Origin: Lingula anatina | Lineage: Eukaryota > Animalia > Brachiopoda | Length of the DNA stretch: 64,000 nt | Assembly (NCBI GenBank): GCA_051362555.1 | Contig: CM120640.1 | Span: 48,214,788-48,278,787, forward strand | Reading direction: 5' to 3' | Shown: piece after piece, positions 46,701 through 60,308 of the stretch | How positions within the stretch are numbered: position 1 is the first letter of the stretch | Layout: the number at the start of each line of letters is the position of its first letter | Translations under genes and position numbers: made by a program | The notes under the pieces: model-generated | The model's database searches: none | Told to the model about the DNA's origin: nothing | What the model saw: only the letters and a program-made list of their open reading frames with translations

Positions 46701-49400
46701 ATAAATTGTGGATGTTATATGCCAAAGAATTAGTCATTGGACTATAGAAAAAAGATTTAATGCACATTTTGGTCTCAAATTTCAGGATAAAATTTTAGCC
46801 GAACTTCTCAGTACTCGACAAGACTGGCTGGTTGGCTACCATGAGCATGACTCCCTGCTGCAGAATATAGAGGAAGAAACATTGACAGAGGAGGAACGCA
46901 AGACAGCATGGGAAGAGTATGAAAATGAAAAGCAGGGAATTTTTACACATCTGGGACCAGGTAAAAATGATATTTGTGAGGTGATTCAAGTAAAATGATA
47001 GCATAAGAAAATAAAAACTGTAAAGATTCATTTACCATAATGAAAATGAGATGTTTAGAGACTGTCCAAGATTTACTCCACTCTATTCAGACTAACAGAA
47101 AAAATTCTTAGCAGTGTTCAAAGTTATATTTTAGTGACTTTCATAACTGCTTGTTTCCAATACTTTAATCTACTGAATTACCATTACAGATAATTGAATT
47201 CTTTTTTTTTTTTTCTTTGTTGATGCAGCATTTGCTCCACCGCCACCCCCTATGCAGTTCAAATTCATGTATCCAAGACCTCAGTCACAGCCTTATCGTA
47301 ACCTTGCCCCTAGACCAGCTCATCCACCCTCTCTGGGGGGCAGGCCACCCAGTCTAGCATCATGTGAGTTTTACACACCTCGGGTGTATGTGTTTTTGTT
47401 GACTGGGTTCTGACCTTTCAAGTGAATATAATTGCTCTGAAATTTTCTTTTATTTATTGAGCAATGATCGAAAGTTTAGTATGACCCATAAAAAAGATAA
47501 TTTTTTTAGTGTATCATTTCTATCAGATGGACAAATCAGTGTTAAACAACACTTCTATCATACCAGGATAATAACGTTAAGAGATAATTTTTATTTGGTA
47601 CACATTTTTCAAAGACAAGATGTGCAGTTGTAGAGACTAACATATTAAATCACAAAATGTTGGAAGATCATTGCACATGAAAATTCATGATTTCTAAAAA
47701 AAAATCTTATTTTATCAGTCCCAAATTTGAACCAGCAGTTGACCCTGGGCATCAACCAACATCTGCCCCCTGGCGTGCCTCTAACCCCACAGTTTCATCA
47801 GCAACTACAGAGGCAGCTGCCCAATGTCATACAGGCTATTCTAAAGACTGTAAGTGCATGAGAGATTATAATAAAATCTTTATTGAAAGTAAATTATTGA
47901 TCTGTCTGGTAGCAGCATCAATTATATATGATCAGAGTTGGATGTTTTTCCAGGCGGTTTTATTAGTGTGTGATGAAATAACATTTATGTACTTATAATT
48001 CAGATAATGATGCATTGAGTACTTATCAAGGCACCCAAAATTTGGAAAGGATTTTGTGTTAAAAAATTTCAGTACAGTTAAAAAGATGTGATCAACAGGA
48101 TATTACTATGAAGTGATGTTTATCTTGATTCATGTAACTTGTATGCAGTTGTTTAGAGTACTTTCCATATCCTTTCAGAACCCCGGTGTGTCAATTGATG
48201 AGTTGCAGAGACGTCTGCAGCAGTTTCTGAAAACTCAGCTCATGTATCACTTCCAGGCCATCCTCAAGCAGCAAGGGTTCCCGTATAAAAAGGTATACTG
48301 TTCAAAGCAAGCAGATTCTTGTAATAATTGAAACTTCTTAAATGAAGGATTAATTTTACGAGAAGATAATACAAAGAAATAATCATTTACAGCAAATCTG
48401 ATAGCATAAGTAAAATAAAACCAACCCATGGTACATTTATTCTCGAACAAACAAAAGGTCATGACCTGGCTATCACACCTGTCCCCTAATCCCCATCTGC
48501 TTTTTATTGGACTCGCCATTTTGTGGCAGCAGACAATTTAATTTTTGCAGTTTTTATCTAAATAATCACAACATCTAAATTATCTTTGGCATCCAGAAAG
48601 TGATCCCACAGGTCGGGGAAACAAACACGAAACGGTTCCACAGAGATTTCTGGCAGTCCAGATATTCAAAATGGGGGAAAATGTCATAGAAATGAATAAT
48701 AAAGAAATGCCAACTTTTTCAGAAGCTGAAAATCCAGTTTCTTTTGCATACTGTGACATTATTTCTGATAATACTCTGAAGCAGAGAGAACTATTATATT
48801 GCAGTAGGCACTAGTTCTAACAAGAAATGGCATAGATTTGTAGCTATTGAATTTTTTAAGGGCATGCCATCAAATACTTGAGCCTCATGACCCTAACCTC
48901 CTATTTGTCATAAAAAGTTGGCTGTCACAGTCTATAGAAGTTAATCTTCCTGTGATTTTCTTCTTCTCTTATTGAACCACACCATCAGCTTTGAATAAGC
49001 AACGTACCCACATTTATTTTTGGCAATCAAAGCAAGTGGTTTTGCTTATTAATCATTAATTTAAAAATATTAAGCATGATTTCATATTTTTCTTGTTCTT
49101 AGTATTTTTGTTCTGATTCAGCTCCCTACTGGTGCAGAACAAGCCCAGGCCCAGCAGGTACAGGCTCAACAACAACAAGCCCAAGCCCAAACCCACCAGG
49201 CTCAGGCAGGCAGCACACCTCCAGCCACTCTTCCCTTCATGCCCTCACTTCTGCCCAATCCTGTGGTCAACCTCACCCAAACTACAGAAGAGAGGGGGTC
49301 CACCTCTTTGTCCACCAGTATTCCATCAGCCACAGGGAGTGGTCAGTCCATGGTGGTCAAGGCTCAGGTCCATGCAAATGGGACTGGTGACCAGCCTTGA
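31766..49400 (+). CDS. ATRX: ATRX-subfamily SNF2 chromatin-remodelling ATPase (XNP/ATRX-like, no ADD domain); 31 coding exons, ~2090 aa
   Basis: Exons: 31766-32797, 32980-33057, 33352-33393, 33530-33622, 33740-33760, 33876-33986, 34308-34394, 34650-34712, 34904-35005, 35312-35395, 35586-36836, 37217-37357, 37655-37802, 38243-38352, 38566-38703, 39379-39553, 40204-40341, 40625-40688, 40946-41057, 41336-41578, 41845-42096, 42276-42489, 42786-43039, 43378-43499, 44757-44934, 45805-45990, 46786-46960, 47229-47363, 47719-47849, 48179-48292, 49122-49400 (TGA). Motifs: [84 protein letters not shown] (ATRX-type rather than RAD54L2-type). Orthologue versus paralogue is unresolved. Confidence 0.88.
37655..46960 (+). 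CDS. ATRX: SNF2_N and helicase-C domains of the ATRX-like gene
   Basis: Helicase motifs I (GLGKT), Ia ([11 protein letters not shown]), II (DEGH), III (TGTP), IV (LVFSQS), V (GSLGINL) and VI ([11 protein letters not shown]) are all intact. Confidence 0.95.
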
Positions 49401-52400
49401 AGTAAAATAAATTCCATTTAGTGTAGGGAAGTCTGGTAACTTTCAACAGAGAAAACATATGTAAGATTTGAAGAGATATCAATTTATGAATCTGTCACAT
49501 AGAATGTAAATGTCATCTGGTTCATTGCATGTAGAAAACTGGTGGCAGAAAGTGTTGTGAAATTAATTATGAACATGTGACAAGACCAAATGTTGATCAT
49601 TTAAGGCATAAGAGTGGACTTGTTTTTCATCTTTTTCATGTGTGCTGATTTAATAATGTTAAGTAAGATTTTATAAATACTTTGAAGGAATTTTTTTCCA
49701 TTTTACTATCAAAGGTGATGGTTATTTTTCATAAACTGGTGGTTAAATGTTTTTGGCAAGTTGTTTGATATGTATTTATTGCATTTTATAAATGTCAATT
49801 CTTGTAAAAGGTTTACTTATCTGATAAATTGGAGATATTACTAAATAGATATGAAAGGCAAATGTTACATGTAAAAAATGTCAGAATACACATTTCAATT
49901 ACCCTCTCTTTTAAGTAATTGCTGATGCCAAGTTTTATTTCCTTCATCCCCAGTAATACAAGATGCATCAAATGCATCAATGACAAACATAAGGTTAAGG
50001 AGGTTCATTGACATTTGGCCAGTTAAGGCTGTTCTTTGTCTTCTTAAGATGAATAGTCATTTTATCATTTGTGGGAGCTAGAGTGATACCTTCTGAGAAG
50101 ATGGATTAATCCTTGTTGACGGCTGTAAAGATATTGTTGTATTTATCACATGATACATGTGTATGCTTTGTCGTTTTCTGTGCTCATTATTTTTTGGATA
50201 TGGACTAAATGCTTGACTTTCTTATCAGTGTTTTTTTTATAAAATGGTTAATTTACAAACACCTTGTAATTTGATTTAGATGGTTGCTGTTTGTAATACA
50301 TTTTGATACATATCAATTTTTATTGGTGTCTTTGTTCATGCACTAAGGCTATACCTGTGAAAATTTTGGGATTAATTTGAAAACTCTTTTATTAAAAATT
50401 TACCTGAATAACATCTCACATAAATTTGTTAATATACCATTTCAGTTGATCTCTGGGCATGGGTGGTTTAAAGATTCAGAAATTAAACATTTACATTTAG
50501 ATCAAAATTAAGTTAAATTTTGATGTCCTTTAAACAGTGGAATTGGACTGATTGCCTTTACTTTTTAGCTTTGGTCCAAAAAATGATCCAAGTTTAAAAA
50601 GATGCAATCAATCGAAGACGGTTTATATCTGTAGTGAATGGAGCATAAGGTGAAAGATCAATTGTGTGCATTATCATTAGTATTCATGTCAGCAACTACA
50701 AATATACTGCTACAATCTCATTACCCCTAGACAGGATACATTCCACTATTATGAGCTGTAATACAGTATCACAATAGAAGGTAAGAAGGACTGTGTATTG
50801 ATCTTCTCCAGATATTTTATCCCCTGCTCGCACTTACCCAACTTTCATGGAACTTAAAACCGATAACATCTCAAACTACACAACAATACACAGCCAAAAT
50901 ATAACTGATAACTAAGTTTTCCCCAATTTTTATTAGTTTTAGCAATTTGCAGATTTGATTAGTTTGCTATTCAATGACCCATTGTCCCAGTCAGAAAAGC
51001 TATCAATACTGGAAGCAATGCAGCAGAAGTGAGGGAATTCTGACATGAATACTTTGGGGGATTGGACTGTATGTGCAGTAAGAAAGAAGAATTTTCCTCA
51101 ATCTCTGGCCATGTACCTCTGAGGACAGAAGCAGTGCAAAACTGAACAAAGGAAAATCCTTTGGCCAATATTGTATTGGTTAATCTTTTGAATCACAGAC
51201 TCACCTGTAAAAGAAAACAGCATGCTTGTTGAATTTTTTATCCCTGATAAAATCTTAAGAGCTGGTATTACTACTAAATTGATGTTTTGAAAAAACTTGG
51301 CATCTAGACTGGGAAAAACTCCAGTTGTTTAAATGAATTATTTTAGTTTATCTCTATAGATAGAATAATGTCTTGCACATCTTTCTGGTTTCAGACTAAA
51401 GTGTCTGGGGATCTTGAAATGTGCTTTGATGAATAATTCACACTGAGGTTCAAGAAACCAAACTAAACAGCAAGCCATTTTACTCCCAATTTTCTTAGAA
51501 GTAACAATTTTTTTATGATTATACTCTTTACAAATCATAATTACTGGCCAAACTAATTTGCATTGTTTTCTCTCAAACTTTAAATAGTTAGAGAGATAGG
51601 TTACTTGTGCCTATAATTTTTGATTTTTAAAAAATAATATTCGGCTTTGAGATGAAGAACTAATATGCAAGTTGGCAATCAAATGTTTGAAATGCCAAGT
51701 TGTTTTTTACAAGCCATTTTACTGAAGCATTCTTTTTCAAGCAGTACCAAGTAGAGTTGAAAGAAAAAGCTCTTAAGGGAACTGTGATCACTTGACTGAG
51801 TAGTAAATGAACCATGGATATTGGTGACTTGTATTGTAATCATGTATGCATGCACACATGTAGCACACATGTAAACACACATACACATTGAAAGAGTATA
51901 GTAAAGTATATTTGCCATCAAGTTTTCTTTCCAATACAACCAGATGCTGCTCTATCAGCAAAATCTTTAAGGAAATGGAATTTTCTTTTCATGACCCTAT
52001 AATTATATTATTTCTATAATACCAATGCAAGATTACCAATCCATTGCCCCTGCTTCAGGCTCAGCGAAGCTTAGTTTAGCAATAACTTTGCTTTATTTCA
52101 ATCCCACTAGAATTGTGGACCACTTTAATGTTTCACACTTTATATACCCTGACTAAATGTAATGAAGGTGTTGGACTGCAGTCAAGTATGTCCTCGTCAA
52201 TTTCCAGCTCTTTTCAAATCGTCCATCAGTGAGCAGCAGCTGCTATAGCCAAGCTTAACATTGATCCATCTGGATAACTGATGATATCCACCCTGTAACT
52301 GATCATATCCGCTCCTGTAACTGATCACATACAGGAGAGACACTTGACAAACTGTCAGTCAGTCGGAGCTGATGTTGGTCCCATGACAAGCTGGAAATCG

Positions 52401-52842
52401 GGCACAGTGGCAAAGCATAGATTTTTACTTAGTACAGGAAATCCTATTCTCCCTTCACACCAGCTATTGATGATTGGCCAAATAGATGCAGCATTTGGTG
52501 TGAACAATAACAGGCACTTGAACTGAATTTGGAGAGGCAATACTTAAGGAAATCAAGAGGAGACCTAGGTGTTACATATAATCAACAGCAAGGACTCATC
52601 TGGGAAGAATACAACGGAAAAAAGTGGGTTTGAACAAGCTGAATATCAAATTGGCACACACTGAAAAAAAAGCCCTGAGAAAATGAATCATTTGAATAAG
52701 AATAATTAAAGCCAAGATTTTGGACGCAGTTACTCTTCAGTTAGAAATCATTTTGTGATTTCTGTGATAGTGCATATTTCTTTAGCTCTTTAAATTGGAA
52801 TGTTTCCACTGTTACACTGCAGAAAGAAGTAATTCAACAACT

Positions 52843-52954
52843 ATGGGCTTATTACTGTCACCAGGTCAATCAAGTGCCATAAGTATCATAGTCCTACTGT
52901 TGTGTATGAGCACACAGGTGGCACAGGTGTGCTGTGAAGTAGACTATGGGTACA
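52843..52954 (+). CDS. Candidate first coding exon (signal peptide) of a secreted or membrane protein whose other exons were not found in the window
   Basis: Acceptor CTGCAG| at 52822; good-context ACAACTATGG; MGLLLSPGQSSAISIIVLLLCMSTQVAQVCCEVDYGY followed by a consensus phase-1 donor A|GTAAGT. Confidence 0.4.
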
Positions 52955-53082
52955 GTAAGTTGTGCTTTAATATTTTCAAACCCAATAATGCTACCTGTAA
53001 CATACTGCAATGGCTCTTCGAAGAAGGTAATATTGCACTTTTTATTCTTTCTTTATAGCTCAGTGTTGTATTATTAAATTTA

Positions 53083-53387
53083 CAGGGGCAGATCCATGGG
53101 TGAAAGTTGTAAAAACTGAAAATGTAGCTTGCAATTTCTCAGCCCATTTAGACCATATGAAAAAAAAATTATCAAAATGAAGACTGAAAATCTTGAAATC
53201 GGGCATTATCTTGGAAATTTTGGAAACTCATGCAGATCCAATCAGGCAAGTTACAGTCTTTTTGCCAGGCTGACACAGTTTCAGTATTTATTAAGAAATC
53301 CAATAATTTAACATTACAAAATTATCTTCGGCAAATTTTTTTGACTTCCTTCCAGAAGGCTCAGGAGACTGTCCTCATCTGCCCCTG
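53083..53387. mobile_element. MITE-like element with 11-bp terminal inverted repeats
   Basis: CAGGGGCAGAT ... ATCTGCCCCTG; no clear target-site duplication. Confidence 0.5.
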
Positions 53388-56300
53388 CAGCATGTGTTTC
53401 TACTGCTACTTTCAATTTTATTTCTCTATATTTTGCAGTAGTCCTAAATGGTTTAATTTTTTTTAAAAATTGCATAGTTTAACAATATGATCAAAATTCA
53501 AATGATCTTATATGAGTTTCTATTTTACATTTGTTTTGGTGTTAGGGAAATTCTTTTCCATCATTAGGCAAATACAAAATATATTATTGCAAAATGCCAA
53601 GTATTTCCATTCCCACTGGAAATGGAAATTATGTTTATGGAAATATTGTTAAATGTAGTCAAATTGTTACATATTCAGATTCATATCAAGTATTCATTTT
53701 ATGTATTCTTCTGTATTGTATGCAAAATATGTTCTTTTATCTATTCATTTTAAAATCTATATTAAGAATGCACTGATCTTGTAAATCTTATAGTACATCC
53801 AAGGTGGTATTAAGAATTTCACTGACTGTCATACAGTTGTATATTTATTGCAGGAGACAGTAATTAATAATTATTTTCATTACAATCAAAATGTAAACCT
53901 TAATATGATCAAAGCAGTATGTATATATCCTTGATATGGTGAAGATAACAATGCAATTGCAAAGGTTGATAAAATGGAAATTTGAGTTTTTGAATCATAA
54001 TTTTGAATTTATTCCAGCTGATTTAGAAGAGATGACACATCATACATACATACATACATGCATACATACATACATACAATGTGCATTTATTCTGATGTGG
54101 AATTTGTATATTTTTTGAAACATGGACCAAGAAATAGCCATTCTCTACACTCTCAGTATACTCATTTATATATACATGTACTTAAGTACATTTAACATCT
54201 TAATCATTTAGGTATATCATCTACCCAGTTTCTGATTTCAGGAAATACAGTGCTTTTACTAGCATATATCTTGATACTTGTCAGCAGAAAACGGTGATTT
54301 ATGAGCCTACTGGCCATTTCAGCAGACTCCAAGAGATAATGAAATTTAAAAGTAATTACCATGATAACCCATATATAAAGCTTGTCAACCCTTTTTTTTG
54401 GATTTAAAGGAAGCTGAAGACTAGAGACCATTGAACTCATGCTAGGGGAAAAATGCTCTTCATTAATATTGATGGTTTGTCTGTGCAAAATGTTGTTCTT
54501 CGCAGTGTCTTGAAGCTCCTCTAAGTAGGAAAATAAAGAAAAAACAATCATTGTCCTGGTGATCTGTTGGTTTCAATGTTCTTTTTCTAGATATAAATGT
54601 ATTATTATGCCCCTGGGTTATCAAGTACTTACCATCTGTTTGATCAGCTTTTGCCATTTTAACATTGCATGTGATCCAGTCATTTAGCAAGTGCTAATAC
54701 AATTCATTTCTCTCAGCATAAAAGTTAAAAAGTTGCAAGTGCTTTAATGGATATAGTTAAGTGGTGCAGTTATTATTGGAAAAGATTAAGCAATTTAGTC
54801 TTTACAACCATACATCATATAGCATCAATCAAATGTAAATTGCCTTGTTTTGTTTAAAAAAGAATAATATTCAATTATGTACATAAATAAAGAAACCACC
54901 AGTAAATTGCATCATTTGACTTTAATTTGTTAAAAGGCTCAAGGCAGGATAACAATCACAATAAATGTAATCAAATTCTATATCATCTTGGGGGCTTTGG
55001 ATGTAGGCATGAAAAAATGGTTCATGTTTGCGTACAATAGAACCTACCTAATAAACATGTATACCCGGTATAATGCCACAAACAGGTACATGAACAAATT
55101 TACAGCTTTTTGTTATACCACAGCTGCATTCAAAATAGAGGAACACCCTCACATGATACATATGGTGTTTGTTCTGATGGGTGTTAAGATGCCAAAACAG
55201 TCTCAGAGGACTTTCCAGTGACCACAAGTGCAAGCAAGCCCAGAAGTGCTGGGGCTGGTTACAAAAGTGTTGTAGGGGGAGGTTTAACACTTGAAATTCT
55301 GGTCTATTTTAACCAAGGATAAATCTACCTTTTTTTTGCAAAAGGTCTTGCTCACTGTGCATTCACTTTGAAAATTAATGTTGATTGAGTTGTGTAAGAT
55401 ACTAGTATGAAAGCATATGTTAGTTGCTTTCCAATGCTTACAAGTCACCAACCTGGTTTATTTATTACAAGCTATGGGTGCAGAATTAGAAATATAGGAA
55501 TAATGTAAAGAACATATCACTTTCCACCTGTGATTACATTTGTTTAGACTTTCTGCAGTTGGACAGCAGCTTTGCCAATTCTAGTGTTAACTTGAAGATG
55601 GGGTAAGGGGGGTGTAGCTTAACTAAGTTGGTGTGAAATCTGAACAGGGTTAAACGAATGACACTTCTCAAGCATGAAGATATTGCTTTGCTACTATCAT
55701 TATTACCTATGCCAATGAAGGACAACTGGGACCAAGCCCTCAAGAGATAGCTATCCAACTGACCGAAACTGTCATGTGACCAGCTCATCAGGTCAATATG
55801 GCACTCATTGCCCTGTTTAAGATCAGTGGTCAGAATGCAATGCTGGATTCTTGCTTTATCACTTTTTATAGGTCCAGTATTAGATTTTTTTCATCATAAG
55901 TTATATTTTCATTGATGTTTGTTTATCTTTATGTTGTTGCACAAGATATTTCAAAAATGTTTTGACAATACTGTTGGGGAAAACTCTTACTCGGAAGGGA
56001 AAACAGTAATTCCAATTCAACTGATTTTTGGTCTCAAAATATTTTTAAAATAATTTTGCATTGTCTTTTACCTTGGTCTGTTCTCTTGGAGTACTCCCTA
56101 GTTATCATCATTGAAACATGTACTTGCCAAATAATCAGACACTAATTCAATAACATCATCAAGTGCAATGCTGTTATGTTAAGTTTTGGTAAATGTTTTA
56201 AACATATGGAATCCATTATAATGAAAAATCTTCAAATCTTTTCTGCTACAATGTAAGACTCATATTAATGAGCAACACTGGAACTTGTAAGTGCATTTTT

Positions 56301-56652
56301 AAATAACTAGAAACAAAGAAATAAAAAGAAAAAAACTGGATAAGAAATGCCACTACATTACAGTATCTATTTTATGTGTTACCTAGTTAGTTAAGGCAAT
56401 GACGAGACTGGCACTGACATTCAACTTATTTTTTTAATATTCATTATTTATGATAAGGTTGTAGCAATCCTTTGATTTTTGTTTCATCGATCTTGCATGG
56501 TTATCCTGCATGTGTCACTGACACATCAAGGATTTTACCATTTCACCTACGTATAAATATGCATGCATTTTTATAAATGAATGATGCAAAATATTGAAAA
56601 ACTGGTGTAAATCCATATTGACTGAGACCTTGCTGCTGGCACTGTCTACTAA

Positions 56653-57130
56653 GGCTTCGTTCACATGGAAAGTCTATTTTCTAAAAATCTATTTTCTTTT
56701 TGCGGTATATCTTGTGATCACGGTCTGTGCCCTGAATATCCCGCGCCAGTTACTTCCAAAGCTGTAATTAATTCTCGGCTGTACTCAGAGGAGATTCTGA
56801 TACCTTGGCGCTTGCGCAGTGGCGGTCACGGTTGCTATGAAAAATGTGTTTGTCGATCTTGTGCAACAACAAGACGAAGAAGATGAAGAAGCTATACACA
56901 CGACAGATACGAGTACAACCATCATGATTCGATGGCAAGCGATGCGGCAACGGAGGATGAGATTTTATAGAATGCGAGCACAGCCGAGAATTAATTACAG
57001 CTTTGTATAAGTAACTGGCTCGCGCTGCCAGTAATTACGCCACGGGATATTCAGGGCACAGACCATGATCATAAGATACTGGAATAGAAAATAGATTTTT
57101 AGAAAATAGACTTTCCATGTGAACGAAGCC
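56653..57130 (+). mobile_element. Non-autonomous PIF/Harbinger-type element (478 bp) with long TIRs and a possible transposase N-terminal remnant
   Basis: TIRs GGCTTCGTTCACATG...CATGTGAACGAAGCC extending >100 bp; flanked by TAA and TTA, consistent with the TWA target of PIF/Harbinger. Confidence 0.8.
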
Positions 57131-57133
57131 TTA

Positions 57134-57392
57134 GGCTTCGTTCACATGCAATGTCTATTTTCTATTTTCTATTTTCTATTTTCGGTATGTCTTATGATCA
57201 CGGTCTGTGCACTGAATATCCCGCGGCGTAATTACTGGCAGCGCGAGCCAGTTACTATAAGTTACTATAAGTAACTGGCTCGCGTTGCCAGTAATTATGC
57301 GGCGGGATATTCAGTGCACAGACCGTGATCATAAGACATACCGAAAATAGAAAATAGAAAATAGAAAATAGACATTGCATGTGAACGAAGCC
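57134..57392. mobile_element. Second PIF/Harbinger-type MITE (259 bp), an almost perfect palindrome abutting the first
   Basis: Same GGCTTCGTTCACATG terminus; ~120-bp arms with (CTATTTT)n/(AAAATAG)n subterminal repeats; flanked by TTA and TAA. Confidence 0.85.
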
Positions 57393-60092
57393 TAAATGTG
57401 GAAACTAGAAAATTAAGCGACCAAAATTTAGCCTTCAAATAAGTGCCAGATTGTATTTAGTATATAGGTTTCCCAATAAGGAAAATTATTTGACTATGCC
57501 AAAAAGTAAAATTACTTTTTTAATACAGACATGTCTTGGAAAAAACCTAGGCAGCAAGGTTTGCAAATATCCAGACACTTAACAGAAAAAAGTCATTCCC
57601 GCTTCTCCATTTCAACATTAACAATCAATTTTGTAAAATATGAATTGATAGTGTTGATTTTAGAAAGGAACCTGTCCTTTAACTAAACAAAACCAAAATA
57701 CTGTTTGGCAGTTAACAACAGAAGTGTCAGGAGGTGACAGCAACAGCGAAGACGTGGGCAGACAGTAATCTGACTATATGAAGACCCAAACAGTGTCTGT
57801 ATATATGAGTAATAATGTAGTGTGGGCATGAGATTTTACTATGAAACAAAACTTGCAGCTTTCAAAAATCTCAAAGCACTATAATTGAAAGGGAATAATT
57901 GTGTTTCCTGAATGCTTACAACATTTCACACTTTGTGATTGAATCATACTACACTTGATAAATGTACTAGTAGTTTTCTATCCCTCCCCTTGAGTATGTA
58001 ATCCAACTAGGACGTTTTAAGAGTACATGTTAAGCTACTGACTATGTGTATGTTAATGGTTCAGAAAGCAGGGAAGTGTGATTTGTAAAAAAACAGAGAG
58101 CACTTATGAATAGACAAACTGGCTCCATCATGCTATGTAAACATTGTCTTCAAAAAAAATTACACTTCTCTAGGAAAAAAGCACAAACTTTATCTGATGA
58201 TTTATTGTGTGTCTCTTCGCTGACGATACATTATATTTCCATGATTAAATAATAAAATATTCTAGCTAACATAATATGTAGGCTATATAATTACAGGGCA
58301 ATCTTATTGCCATTTTTCCATTTTCCTAATTTTTCCCATTTTTTAAATTCTCTAGCACACACAAGCATGTGAGCCACCAGAATAAGAAACATGCATATCA
58401 GATCTAGAACTGTTCCAGTCACCCCAGTTAATCAAATTTCCTTTCCTAATTAAAGCTTTATGTACATATATAGTGGGGACATCATTTTCAACTACATTCC
58501 ATTTGCCTAATTTGAACTTATGTATACGACTATTTCATTGTTTCTAGAGATGTTCACTCGCTTTATTTAAAATAGCTGCATGGCTACAAAAAAAAAAAAA
58601 AAAAAAAAAAAACTCAGTGAGAGATGTTAGTCTAGAGATGAACACAACTACAATCTAGAGGTTTACGTAATTAGTTCTTATCACTGGGTTTGGCTCCAAA
58701 ATAAATTAAACTCATATCTTTCATTTGGCAAAGAATGTCATTCATTCTTCTGACAATTTTAAATCGGGCACAGGACCAGATTTGAGGTATGAATCCTAAT
58801 AAACAGAAAAAAGTAATTCAGTCAATTCATATCTTATGTCCATTATCAATTAAGATAAAATCAACTAAACAAATGGTATGTCAAGCTGAAATACATGTAC
58901 ATGCACAGTATTTTCAATATCCAAACATCCGCTGGTATAAAACTGCAGTAGGCCAACTAGTCTAAAAGAGGGAAATGTTACACTGATCATGCCCATGGGA
59001 GTAGGAAAAATACACATCAATCCTCTAGGCTTGCAGGAACACTTTAGTGAGGAATCATTCATAATTGGGCTATATTTTCCATGAAAAAGAAAATGTTAAA
59101 ACTTTCTATAGAAGTATAGTAGATAACATCTATAAGTCACTTTATAATGTATCACTGGTGAAGCTCCCAGGTATGCCACTAATTGATACAGATGTAAATA
59201 AACATTACACATACCAGTACAATGGTGTAGTACAGTTGTGATCTAATAAACCATAAAAAAGGGAAAGGTTGGGAAAAACGATTATATACAGCTAAAAATA
59301 GATAACCTCATGTTCTGCATAGCCAATAAACCCAAAACTCAATAAGGATAGACATATTTTAACAAATAAAAAGAGAAATGTCACTTAACATGATTCACAC
59401 CACCACTTATGTATTGTTTTGTTAGAGGTAATGGAAAGCAGGATGAGATCAAGTTTCCATGGTAACAGAATTAAAGGCATATAAAAAATAGGTCAGGCAT
59501 ATCTATACTTCAAGGTACACTGTACTGATTTTACACGTTTGAAAACTTCTCAATGTCATTTTTTTCTATGTATATACATATCCTTTGTAAGTACTCATTT
59601 TTCCCAATTTAGTCCTTCAAAAACAGTTTTAGCCCCTAAAAAAAGGTTCCTGATGTTAATATTTTTTTATGAAAGACATGAAGGCATGGCTAACATGGCA
59701 TCTAAATGACTGGTCATATAATTTAAAAAATAGAATAAGACATTGAATCCAAGTGCAGGGACAGGTCGAACATTAATTTGTGAGTAGGAGAAAATTGCTT
59801 TTTCTTTGAGGAAAAATTCATTTTGGTAGGTTAATCACATATAGAGCACCTGAAATGGCAAGAATATTAAGTTTCCCACTAAACCCTTTTTCAAGTTAAA
59901 TCCACTTCACAGGTTTTCAATAGATGACCTTCGTGACCTTAAGGATATTGGCACCAAATGCCCAAAACTCCTATTTACTGCCTTACATACATTCTTTTGG
60001 GTAATAAATAAATCTTCAGTGTTCAGTGACTATATTAATTCACATTTACACATGACATCTTATCAATGGTATCATAATTGCGATTTTGGGGT

Positions 60093-60308
60093 AATAGACT
60101 TTAGACCACGGTGGAAGTGAAGAACAAAAGTCTCAGACGTGGTGTAACTCGCATAACCGCACGTCTCGCACGAATGCGTTATAACCCTCTGATGGACCTG
60201 TGGTCTAAATAAGATAGATCCCTCGTCAGCAAGGGTTATGTGACATCCACTCGTGCTACGCACTCGTGTATGCCACATAACCCTTGCTGACTCGGGGTCT
60301 ATCTATTA
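60093..60308. mobile_element. Double-hairpin non-autonomous DNA element
   Basis: Hairpin 1: TTTAGACCACGG...CTGTGGTCTAAA. Hairpin 2: AGATAGATCCCTCGTCAGCAAGGGTTATGTG...CACATAACCCTTGCTGACTCGGGGTCTATCT with loop CACTCGTGCTACGCACTCGTG. A GC/CpG-rich island in AT-rich DNA. Confidence 0.6.

Noticed and set aside
49132-49410. 92-aa ORF in the track
   Set aside because: Wrong frame; the spliced last exon reads [12 protein letters not shown]... and stops at 49400
50971-52540. Small minus-strand ORFs and a 3x ~21-bp repeat (~52275-52330)
   Set aside because: No recognisable motifs and no consistent exon chain
55559-55602. Possible plus-strand micro-exon (CTGCAG|...|GTAAGG) as partner of the 52843 exon
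   Set aside because: Contains a stop (TAG) in the phase-1 frame required
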